From assembly GCF_001457615.1 (NCBI RefSeq), contig NZ_LN831024.1, positions 1,230,001-1,262,000 on the forward strand: a stretch of DNA of 32,000 nt, read 5' to 3'. A program made the translations under genes and the position numbers. The notes beneath the pieces were generated by a model, which saw only the letters and a list, made by a program, of their open reading frames with translations, searched no databases and was not told the DNA's origin. Each line of letters begins with the position of its first letter. The first letter of the stretch is position 1. Source of the stretch: Pseudomonas aeruginosa (GTDB lineage: Bacteria; Pseudomonadota; Gammaproteobacteria; Pseudomonadales; Pseudomonadaceae). Positions 18,382 through 28,684 of the stretch are shown here, piece by piece.

Positions 18382-19317
18382 TCAGCGCTGCGAGAGCCCG
18401 GGCGCGTCGCCACTGAAGAAGCGCATGCCGCGGCGCAGGTGTTCCAGGCAGGCGATCGCCGCCACGGTCAGCTCGCGGCCCTTGTGGCTGACGATCCGCG
18501 CGCGGGCGTCGCGCAGCGCCGGGTGGGCCAGCGGCAGGCAACGGATATGCCCGGCCTCGATCTCGTGGCTGACCGTCAACTCCGGCATGAAGGCCACGCC
18601 GATGCCGGACTTGACGAAATTGGTCAGCACCGCCACCGAGTTGGTGCGCAGCTTCGGCCTTAGCTCGATGCGCTCCAGTTGGGCGGCGATCACCGCCAGT
18701 TGGCCCATGCCGGTGCTGTTGTGGATCAACGCCAGCGACTCGTTGCGCAGCGCGCGCATCGGCACCGCGCCGCGGTGTCCGGCGAGGGCATGGTTGGCGG
18801 GGATGATCAGGTCGAGGGGCTGGCGGGTGTCGACGTGCACGTCCAGTTCGCCGTCCTCGACCGGGGCGTAGACCAGGGCCAGGTCGACGGCGTCTTCCTT
18901 GACCAGCGCCACGCCTTCGTTGGCCCCGGCCATGCGGACCTCCAGCTCGATGCCGGGGTAGCGCAGGATGAAACTCTGCAATGGCTGGGAGATCAGGTCG
19001 GCGATGAAGCCCTCGCCGACCGCCAGGCGCACCTTGCCCTGGCGCAGCCCCTGCAGGGCCGACAGACGCGACAGCACGCCCTCTTCGTTGGCCCGTTGCT
19101 GGCGGTAGTGCGCCACCAGCAGCTCGCCGGCCTCGGTAGGCGCCACGCCTTGCGGGGTGCGTTGCAGGAGGCGCACGCCGAGATGTTCCTCCAGGCTGGC
19201 GAGCTGCCGGCTGATGGCCGAGGGGTCGATGTTCAGGTGCTGGGCGGCGCGGCGAAGAGAACCGTGGTGGATCACCTCGTTGAGGTAGGCCAGGGCGCGC
19301 TGGCTGAGGCGGATCAT
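18382..19317 (-). CDS. LysR family transcriptional regulator
   Basis: MIRLSQRALAYLNEVIHHGSLRRAAQHLNIDPSAISRQLASLEEHLGVRLLQRTPQGVAPTEAG. Confidence 0.93.
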   Translation of the reverse strand: MIRLSQRALAYLNEVIHHGSLRRAAQHLNIDPSAISRQLASLEEHLGVRLLQRTPQGVAPTEAGELLVAHYRQQRANEEGVLSRLSALQGLRQGKVRLAVGEGFIADLISQPLQSFILRYPGIELEVRMAGANEGVALVKEDAVDLALVYAPVEDGELDVHVDTRQPLDLIIPANHALAGHRGAVPMRALRNESLALIHNSTGMGQLAVIAAQLERIELRPKLRTNSVAVLTNFVKSGIGVAFMPELTVSHEIEAGHIRCLPLAHPALRDARARIVSHKGRELTVAAIACLEHLRRGMRFFSGDAPGLSQR

Positions 19318-19323
19318 CGCGGC

Positions 19324-20703
19324 TCAGTCCAGCAGCGACAGGGTCACCGGCGTCCGGTGGTTGTCCTCGACCCGCACCTCCAGTTCGCCTTCCGCCAGGC
19401 GCGCCTTCAGGCGCTGTCCCGGCTGGGTCTGGCCGGCATCGCGGATCGCCCGGCCACGCTCGTCGAGGAGGATGCTGTAGCCGCGGCCCAGGGTCGCCAG
19501 CGGGCTGACCACGTTGAGCGTCTGCGCCAGTCCTTCGAGGCGCTGACGACGATCCTTCAGTACCTCACGGGCGGCGCGCGGCAGGCGCGCGGCGAGGCTG
19601 TCGAGCTTCTGCCGGAGCAGCGCCAGGGTGCGGCCCGGATGCTGTGCGGCGAGACGTGTCTCCAGGCGGACCAGGCGTTCGTGGCGGACCGCCAGCTGGC
19701 GCTCGAAGGCACGGCGCAGGCGCATGTCCAGGTCGTCCAGGCGCTGCGCCTGCTGGCGCAGGCGTTCGCCGGGATGGCGCAGGCGGCGGGCGACGCCTTC
19801 CAGGCGCAGGCGTTCGCGCAGCAACTGGTCGCGCATGCGCAGCACCAGGCGCCGGCGCAGGCCGTCGAGACGCTGCTGCAGGTCGCCGGCGTTGGGCGCC
19901 AGCAGTTCGGCGGCGGCCGAAGGCGTCGGCGCGCGCACGTCGGCGACGAAGTCGCTGATCGATACGTCGGTCTCGTGGCCGACCGCGCTGACGATTGGCG
20001 TGGCGCAGGCCGCCACGGCGCGCGCCACCGCTTCTTCGTTGAAGCACCAGAGGTCTTCCAGGGAACCGCCGCCACGGGCCAGGATCAGCGCGTCGAAGCC
20101 TTGCCGGTCGGCCAGTTGCAGCGCGCGGACGATCTGTGCGACGGCCTCGCGGCCCTGCACTGCGGTGGGCACCAGGGTCAGCTCGACCTGCGGTGCGCGG
20201 CGGCGAAACACGCTGATGATGTCGCGGATCACCGCCCCGCTGGGCGAACTGACGATACCGATGCGGCGCGGATGGGCGGGCAGCGGACGCTTGCGTTCGC
20301 TGGCGAACAGGCCTTCGCCGGCGAGTTTTTCCTTCAATGCCTCGAAGGCCAGGCGCAGGGCGCCGTCGCCGGCCGGCTCGACGGTATCGGCGATCAACTG
20401 GTAGTCGCCGCGTCCCTCGAACAGCGAGATCTTCCCGCGCACCTTTACCGCCAGCCCGTCGCGCAAGGCCTGGCGTACGCGCAGGGCGTTCTGCCGGAAC
20501 AGCGCGCAGCGGATCTGCGCGTTGCTGTCCTTGAGGGTGAAGTAGACATGGCCGGAGGCCGGCCGGGCGAGGTTGGACAGCTCGCCCTCGACCCAGACCT
20601 GCGGGAACACGTCTTCCAGCAGCAGGCGGGCGCGCTGGTTCAGTTGGCTGACGGTCAGCACCTCGCGATCGAGGCCGAGCCGTTGGAAGGGATCGTTACG
20701 CAT
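19324..20703 (-). CDS. xseA: Exodeoxyribonuclease VII large subunit
   Basis: MRNDPFQRLGLDREVLTVSQLNQRARLLLEDVFPQVWVEGELSNLARPASGHVYFTLKDSNAQIRCALFR...; GIVSSPSGAVIRDI. Confidence 0.96.
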   Translation of the reverse strand: MRNDPFQRLGLDREVLTVSQLNQRARLLLEDVFPQVWVEGELSNLARPASGHVYFTLKDSNAQIRCALFRQNALRVRQALRDGLAVKVRGKISLFEGRGDYQLIADTVEPAGDGALRLAFEALKEKLAGEGLFASERKRPLPAHPRRIGIVSSPSGAVIRDIISVFRRRAPQVELTLVPTAVQGREAVAQIVRALQLADRQGFDALILARGGGSLEDLWCFNEEAVARAVAACATPIVSAVGHETDVSISDFVADVRAPTPSAAAELLAPNAGDLQQRLDGLRRRLVLRMRDQLLRERLRLEGVARRLRHPGERLRQQAQRLDDLDMRLRRAFERQLAVRHERLVRLETRLAAQHPGRTLALLRQKLDSLAARLPRAAREVLKDRRQRLEGLAQTLNVVSPLATLGRGYSILLDERGRAIRDAGQTQPGQRLKARLAEGELEVRVEDNHRTPVTLSLLD

Positions 20704-20739
20704 GGGCGGCATGATAAGGCGGCGCACCGGGATGTGCGA

Positions 20740-21648
20740 TCAATCCTTGGCTTCGTTCGGCAGATTCTCCAGGAAATATTCGACGAAGCCTTCCACCAGG
20801 GGGCTATCGTCGCGTCGCCAGGCCAGCGCCACCTCGCTGTATGCCTCGGCCTCGGCCAGAGACATGAAGCGCACGGCGGGCGGTGCGATGGCGCGCATCG
20901 AGGCGGGCACCAGGGCGACGCCGAAGCCGGCCTCGATCAGTTGCAACTGGCTGGTCTTGCGCGACAGCGCGCGCGCCGGGCGTGGGTAGAAACCGGCGCC
21001 GAGGCAGAGTTCGGCGGCGCGATAGCTGAGGCCGCCGCGTTGCAGGTGGGGAATGGAGACGAAGGTTTCTCCGGCCAGGGCGGCCAGGGCCACGGGGGCT
21101 TCACGGCGGGCCAGCGGATGGTCGGCGGCGAGAGCCAGGAGCAACGGCTCGCGGTACAGGGCGCGGAGGTGCAGCCGGGGATGCTGGCGCAGCACCGGCA
21201 GGCGCAGCAGGCCAAGGTCCAGGCGTCCTTCGGCGAGATCGGCGAGTTGCTGCTCGGAGGATTGCTGGGTCAGTTCCAGGCGGACGCCGCTCTGCACCGC
21301 GAGGTAGCCGCGCAGCGCCGCTTGCAGGCCGCCCACCAGCGGCACCGAGCTGGAGTGCCCCAGGCGCAGCAGGCCATGGCCGCCTTCGCCGACCTCGCGA
21401 GCCAGGCGCCGGGCGGCCTCCAGGTCGCCGAGCAGGCGCTGCGCGCGTGGCAGGAAGGCGCGACCGGCCGGCGTCAGCTCGACCCGGCGCGGACCGCGGC
21501 GGAGCAGTGGGGTGCCGATGCTGTCCTCCAGTTCGCGCACCTGCCGGCTGAGCGCCGACTGGGCGACGAACAGGCGTTCGGCGGCACGGCTGAAGCCGCC
21601 GGACTCGACGATTTCGACGAAGTAATGGAGTTGCCGCAAAGAGATCAT
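20740..21648 (-). CDS. LysR family transcriptional regulator
   Basis: MISLRQLHYFVEIVESGGFSRAAERLFVAQSALSRQVRELEDSIGTPLLRRGPRRVELTPAG. Confidence 0.93.
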   Translation of the reverse strand: MISLRQLHYFVEIVESGGFSRAAERLFVAQSALSRQVRELEDSIGTPLLRRGPRRVELTPAGRAFLPRAQRLLGDLEAARRLAREVGEGGHGLLRLGHSSSVPLVGGLQAALRGYLAVQSGVRLELTQQSSEQQLADLAEGRLDLGLLRLPVLRQHPRLHLRALYREPLLLALAADHPLARREAPVALAALAGETFVSIPHLQRGGLSYRAAELCLGAGFYPRPARALSRKTSQLQLIEAGFGVALVPASMRAIAPPAVRFMSLAEAEAYSEVALAWRRDDSPLVEGFVEYFLENLPNEAKD

Positions 21649-21755
21649 CGGAAGATTCCCCATGCCTTTTCGAGATGGCTACAGGGCTCGGATTGTATTG
21701 GCTGGCGCGCCGTTGCGCTCGCTAGAGTGCGCAGGTCGTCGTTCCGGGAGTCGCC

Positions 21756-22538
21756 ATGTCCTCGCTCGATCCGTCAGTCCTGTTCGCCGCCCTGCCGTTC
21801 AGCCTATGGCAATGGCTGCTGGTCGAACTGGCCATCGTCCTCGCCTATGTGGTGTTCGGCATCGCCGGCTTCGGCACCGCGCTGGTCGCCGGCCCGTTGC
21901 TGGCCGGGGTGCTGCCGCTGTCGCAGATCATTCCGCTGCTGGTCCTGCTGGATTTCAGCGCGTCGTTCGGCAACTGGCTGCCGGCGCGGCGGCAGATCGC
22001 CATCACTGAGCTCAAGCGTCTGCTGCCCTGCATGTTGCTGGGCTGTGCGCTGGGGGCGTACGGACTTCTGGCGCTACGCGCGGAGCTGCTGATGCTGGCC
22101 CTCGGCGTGTTCGTCAGTCTCTATGCGCTCTACGCGCTGTTCCTCCAGCCACGCGGCCAGCCGCGCTGGCGGGCGACCTGGGCGTTGCCCTTCGGTGTCT
22201 TCGGCGGGCTGTTCGGCGCGTTGTTCGGCAGCGGCGGCTTCCTTTATTCGCTGTACCTGAACGGACGCCTGGCGAGCAAGGAGCAGATGCGCGCCACCCA
22301 GAGCGCGCTGATCGGTTGTAGCACCTTCGTCCGCCTGGGGCTGTTCCTGCTCGGCGGGCTGTATGCCGCGCGCGAGCCCTGGCTGCTCGCCGCCTGCCTG
22401 CTGCCGGGCATGGCGCTGGGCCTGTGGATCGGCCGTCGGGTGACCCTGCGTCTGTCGCGTGAAGCCTTCGTCCGCCTGGTCACCTGGCTGGTGCTGTGCA
22501 GCGGCCTGGCGCTGGTCGGGCGCTACCTGGCCGCTTGA
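21756..22538 (+). CDS. TSUP family (TauE/SafE-like) membrane permease
   Basis: VFGIAGFGTALVAGPLLAGVLPLSQIIPLLVLLDFSASFG and FGVFGGLFGALFGSGGFLYSLYLNGRL, multi-helix profile. Confidence 0.85.
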   Translation: MSSLDPSVLFAALPFSLWQWLLVELAIVLAYVVFGIAGFGTALVAGPLLAGVLPLSQIIPLLVLLDFSASFGNWLPARRQIAITELKRLLPCMLLGCALGAYGLLALRAELLMLALGVFVSLYALYALFLQPRGQPRWRATWALPFGVFGGLFGALFGSGGFLYSLYLNGRLASKEQMRATQSALIGCSTFVRLGLFLLGGLYAAREPWLLAACLLPGMALGLWIGRRVTLRLSREAFVRLVTWLVLCSGLALVGRYLAA

Positions 22539-23665
22539 AGCGGCTGCGCCGGGCACAGGCCGAACTGTGCGGCCAGCTCTTCGAGGCGCTGGCGCTGGAA
22601 GTCGCGGAACGCCGCGTTGGGCTGCTGCAACTCGATGAAGTCGCGCAGCGGGTCGCGCACCGCGCTGCGCACGCCGCTGAGTTCTTCGATCACAGCCAAG
22701 CCGCAGAACGGCACGTAGGCTTCCGAGTAGCCGCCTTCGTGGACCACCACCAGGCGTCCGCCGGCATGCCGCTCGGCCGCGTCGCGGACCATCGCGGTCA
22801 TCGCCCGGAAGCTGTCGCTGTGCAGTTGCATGCGTGCCAGCGGGTCCACCGCGTTGGCGTCGAAGCCACTGGCGACCACGATCAATTGCGGGCGGAAGCG
22901 CTCCAGCGCCGGCAACACGATGCGTTGCATGGCCTGCATGTAGGCGTCGTGACCGCCGCCGGGAAGCAGCGGCACGTTGAGGTTGAAGCCACGACCGCGA
23001 TCCTCGCCGATGTCTTCGGCGCCGCTGTAGCCAGGCGGGAAGCAGCCGTCCTGGTGCAGGGAAATGCTCAACACGTCGTCGCGCCGGTAGTAGATCGCCT
23101 GGGTGCCGTTGCCGTGGTGCACGTCCCAGTCCAGCACCGCGACCCGCTCGACGCCGTGGCGCGCCTTGGCCGCCTCGATGGCCACGGCGATGTTGGCGAA
23201 GAAACAGAAGCCCATCGCCTGGTCCGGCAGGCAGTGGTGACCCGGCGGCCGCGACAGCGAGTAGGCGTTGTCCGCCTCGCCGGCGAGCACCGCGTCCAGC
23301 GCGGCGATGGCCAGGCCGGCGGAGAGCCGGGCGATCTCGTAGCTGCCCGGGCCGATCGGCGCGTCCTGGCCGAGGCTGCCGCCGCCGGCGTCGCTCAACG
23401 CCTTGAAGCGTTCCAGATAGTGCGCCGGATGCACGCGCAGCAGGTCCTCGTCGCTCGCCGGCGGTGCGCTGCGCAGTTGCAGGCGGGCGGTCAGGCCGGA
23501 CACGTCGAGCAGGCTTTTCAGCCGGCGCTTGGTTTCCGGTGATTCGGCGTGTCCGGCGGCGGCAGGCGGTTGCACCCAGCCGCCGACCGGCAGGGTCAGC
23601 GCGTGCGGGCCGGCGGCGTGCCAGAGGCAGAGTTCGTCGAAGAAGAAAGCGGTACGTCGGGTCAT
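22523..23665 (-). CDS. Histone deacetylase/acetylpolyamine amidohydrolase family zinc deacylase
   Basis: SRPPGHHCLPDQAMGFCFFANIAVA, VAVLDWDVHHGNGTQAIYYRRDDVLSISLHQD, ASGFDANAVDPLARMQL; 380 aa. Confidence 0.95.
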   Translation of the reverse strand: MTRRTAFFFDELCLWHAAGPHALTLPVGGWVQPPAAAGHAESPETKRRLKSLLDVSGLTARLQLRSAPPASDEDLLRVHPAHYLERFKALSDAGGGSLGQDAPIGPGSYEIARLSAGLAIAALDAVLAGEADNAYSLSRPPGHHCLPDQAMGFCFFANIAVAIEAAKARHGVERVAVLDWDVHHGNGTQAIYYRRDDVLSISLHQDGCFPPGYSGAEDIGEDRGRGFNLNVPLLPGGGHDAYMQAMQRIVLPALERFRPQLIVVASGFDANAVDPLARMQLHSDSFRAMTAMVRDAAERHAGGRLVVVHEGGYSEAYVPFCGLAVIEELSGVRSAVRDPLRDFIELQQPNAAFRDFQRQRLEELAAQFGLCPAQPLQAAR

Positions 23666-23694
23666 GGCGGGTATCCGTGGTTCGGGAAAGGGTT

Positions 23695-24852
23695 TCAGCG
23701 TGGCCGGCAGGCCAGGGCCAGCAGCAGCGAGAGGGCGGCCAGGCCGGCGGCGATCGGCAGCAGCGGGAGGAAACCGCCGCTGCCTTCGATGAGTCGTCCT
23801 GCCAGCGCCGGGCCGATGGCCAGCCCGCCGCCGATGACCAGGTTGGAGGCGTTCATCAGGCGGCCGGAGCGGTCCAGGTCGGCGAGGCAGGCGAGGATGA
23901 ACGGCAGGGCGAAGGTCCAGGTGAACTTGAACAGCAGCGCGGCCAGGGCGAAGCGCGCCAGCGGCGGCTGGCCGATCAGCAGGAGGATCGCCGCGGCCAT
24001 CGCCAGGTAGCCGCCGAGCAGCATCAGGTCGCGCGGCAGGCGGTTGCCGATGAAGGAGGCGCAGGCCGCCCCCGCGATGCCCATCAGGGTGGCGCCGGCG
24101 AGTACCTCGCCGCTGGCGCCGGCACCGATCCCCGCGCCTTCGGCGATGGCGCCGATGAAGGTCCAGACGCCGCTGAGGCTGATATAGAAGGTGAGCACGG
24201 CGAGGATACCCAGCCCGACCCGCAGTCGCGAGTGAACCGCGCCGGTACTGGCGCGGGCTTCCGCTGGCGGGCTGCCACTGGGGAAGGCCCGCGACAACGG
24301 TAGGGCGAGGCCCATCAGGCCGGCCAGCAAGAGGTAGCAGGCGGCCAGGCCGAAGCGTTCGAACAGCGCCGGCAGCAGTGCCAGGCCGACGGCGCCGACC
24401 ACCAGTTGGCCCATCACCCAGAGCCCGTAGACCCGGCTCGGGGTGGCGGTGCTGGCGGCGCTGGACAGGCAGAGGATCATCAGCGAGCCGCCGGCGAGGG
24501 CGCTGCAGAAACGCAGGGCGAGCAGCAGCGGGTAGCTGCCGGCCAGCGCCGAGGCCAGGTTGGCGGCGATGAACAGCAGGCCGGCGAGCAGCGCCGCGTG
24601 GCGCCAATCGACGCGTTTCAGCCAATGGAAGGCCGGCAGCGTCGCCAGGCTCATGGCGCCCAGCTCCACCGAAAACAGGTCGCCGACCCGCGCCGGGCTC
24701 AGTTGCCACTGGGTCGCCAGTTGCGCGGCGACGGCGGGGGCGGTCATCAGGATGGTCGGGGTGATCGCGGCGAACACCACGATTGCCGCGAGCAGCGCGA
24801 GGTTGCCAGACGCCGGAGAGGCGCTGGCGAGAGTCTTGTCGGAAGCGCTCAT
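23695..24852 (-). CDS. MFS transporter
   Basis: ~385 aa, about 12 hydrophobic segments; SRVYGLWVMGQLVVGAVGLALLPALFERFG, LASALAGSYPLLLALRFCSALAGG. Confidence 0.85.
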   Translation of the reverse strand: MSASDKTLASASPASGNLALLAAIVVFAAITPTILMTAPAVAAQLATQWQLSPARVGDLFSVELGAMSLATLPAFHWLKRVDWRHAALLAGLLFIAANLASALAGSYPLLLALRFCSALAGGSLMILCLSSAASTATPSRVYGLWVMGQLVVGAVGLALLPALFERFGLAACYLLLAGLMGLALPLSRAFPSGSPPAEARASTGAVHSRLRVGLGILAVLTFYISLSGVWTFIGAIAEGAGIGAGASGEVLAGATLMGIAGAACASFIGNRLPRDLMLLGGYLAMAAAILLLIGQPPLARFALAALLFKFTWTFALPFILACLADLDRSGRLMNASNLVIGGGLAIGPALAGRLIEGSGGFLPLLPIAAGLAALSLLLALACRPR

Positions 24853-24864
24853 GGCTGCGCCTCC

Positions 24865-25761
24865 TCAGAACACATGGACCAGGCGCAACAGGGCCTGGCT
24901 GCCATGGAAAGCATTGTCGGTGGCGACGTTGCGCGAGAGACCGAACATCAGGCTGTTGCGCCGGTCTAGCCAGTGGCCTAGCTCGAAGCCGAGTTGGGTG
25001 TAGCGCTGGTGGGTGTCGTCGAGGGTATGGCCCTGCAGCTTCAGTTCGCCGCCATCGGCGTGCACCAGCTTGAGGGCGCCGTAGGTGCTCTGGCTGAAGT
25101 CGTAGGAGGCGAAGGCTTGCAGGCGATAGAGCGGTTTCTGTTCCAGGTCGCTGCCGAAGTAGTCGTCGTTCTTCGCGTAGAACTGCGCTTCCAGGTTGGC
25201 TTCCAGCACCCAGTCGCGGCCGATGCCCTGGGTGTAGTTGTAGACGAAGGTGGCGCCCCAGCGGTTGGCGCCGGGCGAGACATCGGGGTTCTTCGCGTGG
25301 TACTCGCCCAGCGGCAGGGTGATCAGGGTCAGCAGGCCGCTGTAGCGGCGCCGTTCCGGGTCGTTGACGAAAAACAGGGTGCCGCCGACCTGGGGATCGC
25401 CGAAACCGGTCTCGCCGGTATGCCCGACGCTGCCGGGCAGGCGCGCATCGATGTCGACGAAGGGAATGATGAACTGCGGCGTGCAGAGAGTGCCGCAGAT
25501 GTCGCTGAAGAACACCTGGCGGTAGGCCACCGCGTTGGTCTTCAGTTCGGCCTTGCCGTTGCGATCGGCCGGCCCGTGGAACTCATGGGCGCGGGTCGCC
25601 GGCAGGTAGAGTACGCCGAGCGTGGTGCCCGCCGGGGCGCCGAAGAAGTCGCGGGCGTTGAGGTCGGCGGCGCCGGCCTCGGCGCCCAGCAGGAGCTGGA
25701 TGCCGAACAGCGCGAGGGCGCTGGCGGTCGGTGCGGCCATCGAGGCGGTGCGGTGGGTCAT
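24865..25761 (-). CDS. Outer membrane channel-like protein (phenol-degradation MetA/transporter superfamily type)
   Basis: ADLNARDFFGAPAGTTLGVLYLPATRAHEF...TGFGDPQVGGTLFFVND...GANRWGATFVYNYTQGIG; signal peptide and alternating beta pattern to a C-terminal F. Confidence 0.75.
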   Translation of the reverse strand: MTHRTASMAAPTASALALFGIQLLLGAEAGAADLNARDFFGAPAGTTLGVLYLPATRAHEFHGPADRNGKAELKTNAVAYRQVFFSDICGTLCTPQFIIPFVDIDARLPGSVGHTGETGFGDPQVGGTLFFVNDPERRRYSGLLTLITLPLGEYHAKNPDVSPGANRWGATFVYNYTQGIGRDWVLEANLEAQFYAKNDDYFGSDLEQKPLYRLQAFASYDFSQSTYGALKLVHADGGELKLQGHTLDDTHQRYTQLGFELGHWLDRRNSLMFGLSRNVATDNAFHGSQALLRLVHVF

Positions 25762-25815
25762 GTGTCGGTCTCCCCGGTCGTTGTGTGCCCGGCGTTCGTC
25801 GCGCCGGTGGTGGTT

Positions 25816-25841
25816 GCGCCTTTTCGCAGGCGAAAGGGCGC
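25816..25841. promoter_or_regulatory. Hairpin in the LuxR-regulator / outer-membrane-gene intergenic region
   Basis: GCGCCTTTTCG-CAGG-CGAAAGGGCGC: 11-position stem with one T.G position. Confidence 0.4.
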
Positions 25842-25895
25842 CCATGCCGCCCTTGACGGGGCGGTCGAAGCGGTGATGGCAGGGGTGGAGGGCTG

Positions 25896-26873
25896 TCAGC
25901 CAGGCGGGAACTGGTGCAGCAGGTGGGCGATGCTCGCCTTGTCGTTGACGCCGAGCTTGGAATAGATGGTGCGTATGTGATGGCGCACGGTGTTCGGCGC
26001 CAGGCCGAGGTCGCGGGCGATCTGCTTGTAGGTCTTGCCTTCGCTGAACAGCAGGGCGACGTCGCCTTCGCGATTGCTCAACTGTTCGATCGCGCTCGGT
26101 TGCCGCGCGGTGAGCAGGTAGAGGTCGCCGACCTGCCGCGAGTCGATCACCAGGCGCGCATCGCGATAGCCCTGCGGGCTGGTTTCCTCCGGCAGCTGCG
26201 GGCCGGTCCAGCCCGGCCAGGCGCCGAGCAGCAGGTCGACGAAGCCGCGTTCGGCGCAATGCAGCACGCCGTAGCGATCGCATACCGCCATGGCCAGAGC
26301 CTGGCGTTCGAGGGATTCGCGCAGGGCCACCAGGGTACGGATCTGGTTGGCCGAGACGGCCGCGGCCAGGTGCGCCGAGAGTTGCCCGAGGAGCAGTTTC
26401 TCCTGGTCCGCGAAGGGCGGGCCGCCAGGCGTGCGATAGAGGGCGACATGGTCGCTGAGGCGGGTGATCGGATCGACGTGGATCACGCAGAGCAGCTCAC
26501 CGATGTCGTGACGCGCGCCAAGCCAGCGCAGCCCGGCGGTGGCCTGCATGTCAACGGCCACGGCGGTGCCCGGGCGGGCGTGTACCAGGCCGACGGTGAT
26601 GTCGTCGTGGCTGATCGATTTCCAGTCCTCGACATAGTGCTCTTCGAGGTTGAACAGGTGTGCGCTGTGCTCCACCGGCACGCCGTCGATCAGCGCCGCG
26701 CGGCCCCACCAGGCACGCTGGAACGGCACCAGTTGCTGCAGACGTTCCAGCGCGGTGCGATGGAAACGCTCCAGGGTCTTGTCGCGCGCCAGCCGGTTGA
26801 TATCCAGCACGGCGGCGCCGAACGCCGCGAGCAAGGCTGCGGATGACGAATGCGGGTCAGTGCTCCCTTTCAT
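25896..26873 (-). CDS. LuxR family transcriptional regulator
   Basis: C-terminal HTH IEQLSNREGDVALLFSEGKTYKQIARDLGLAPNTVRHHIRTIYSKLGVNDKASIAHLL; N-terminal GAF-like region. Confidence 0.92.
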   Translation of the reverse strand: MKGSTDPHSSSAALLAAFGAAVLDINRLARDKTLERFHRTALERLQQLVPFQRAWWGRAALIDGVPVEHSAHLFNLEEHYVEDWKSISHDDITVGLVHARPGTAVAVDMQATAGLRWLGARHDIGELLCVIHVDPITRLSDHVALYRTPGGPPFADQEKLLLGQLSAHLAAAVSANQIRTLVALRESLERQALAMAVCDRYGVLHCAERGFVDLLLGAWPGWTGPQLPEETSPQGYRDARLVIDSRQVGDLYLLTARQPSAIEQLSNREGDVALLFSEGKTYKQIARDLGLAPNTVRHHIRTIYSKLGVNDKASIAHLLHQFPPG

Positions 26874-26940
26874 TCTCTCCCCCGTCCCACTTTTATAGTT
26901 CTTGGAATCGGCGTCCGCCGCCTGGGCGGTCGCTGGGTGA

Positions 26941-28605
<1,665 letters not shown>

Positions 28606-28684
28606 GGCTGATTGAAATGAGTGCTGCACGGGGCTGTTCGATTCAGCCCCGTGTCGTTTTCGAATTCCGTAGCGAGAGATGGCC

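Noticed and set aside
17034-18416. 460-aa + strand ORF
   Set aside because: Antisense to the DctP gene; no domain recognised.
18679-22092. 1137-aa + strand ORF, superficially a giant novel protein
   Set aside because: Spans antisense of two LysR genes and xseA, all strongly supported; it is a frame-bias artefact. A closer look found no start context or motif.
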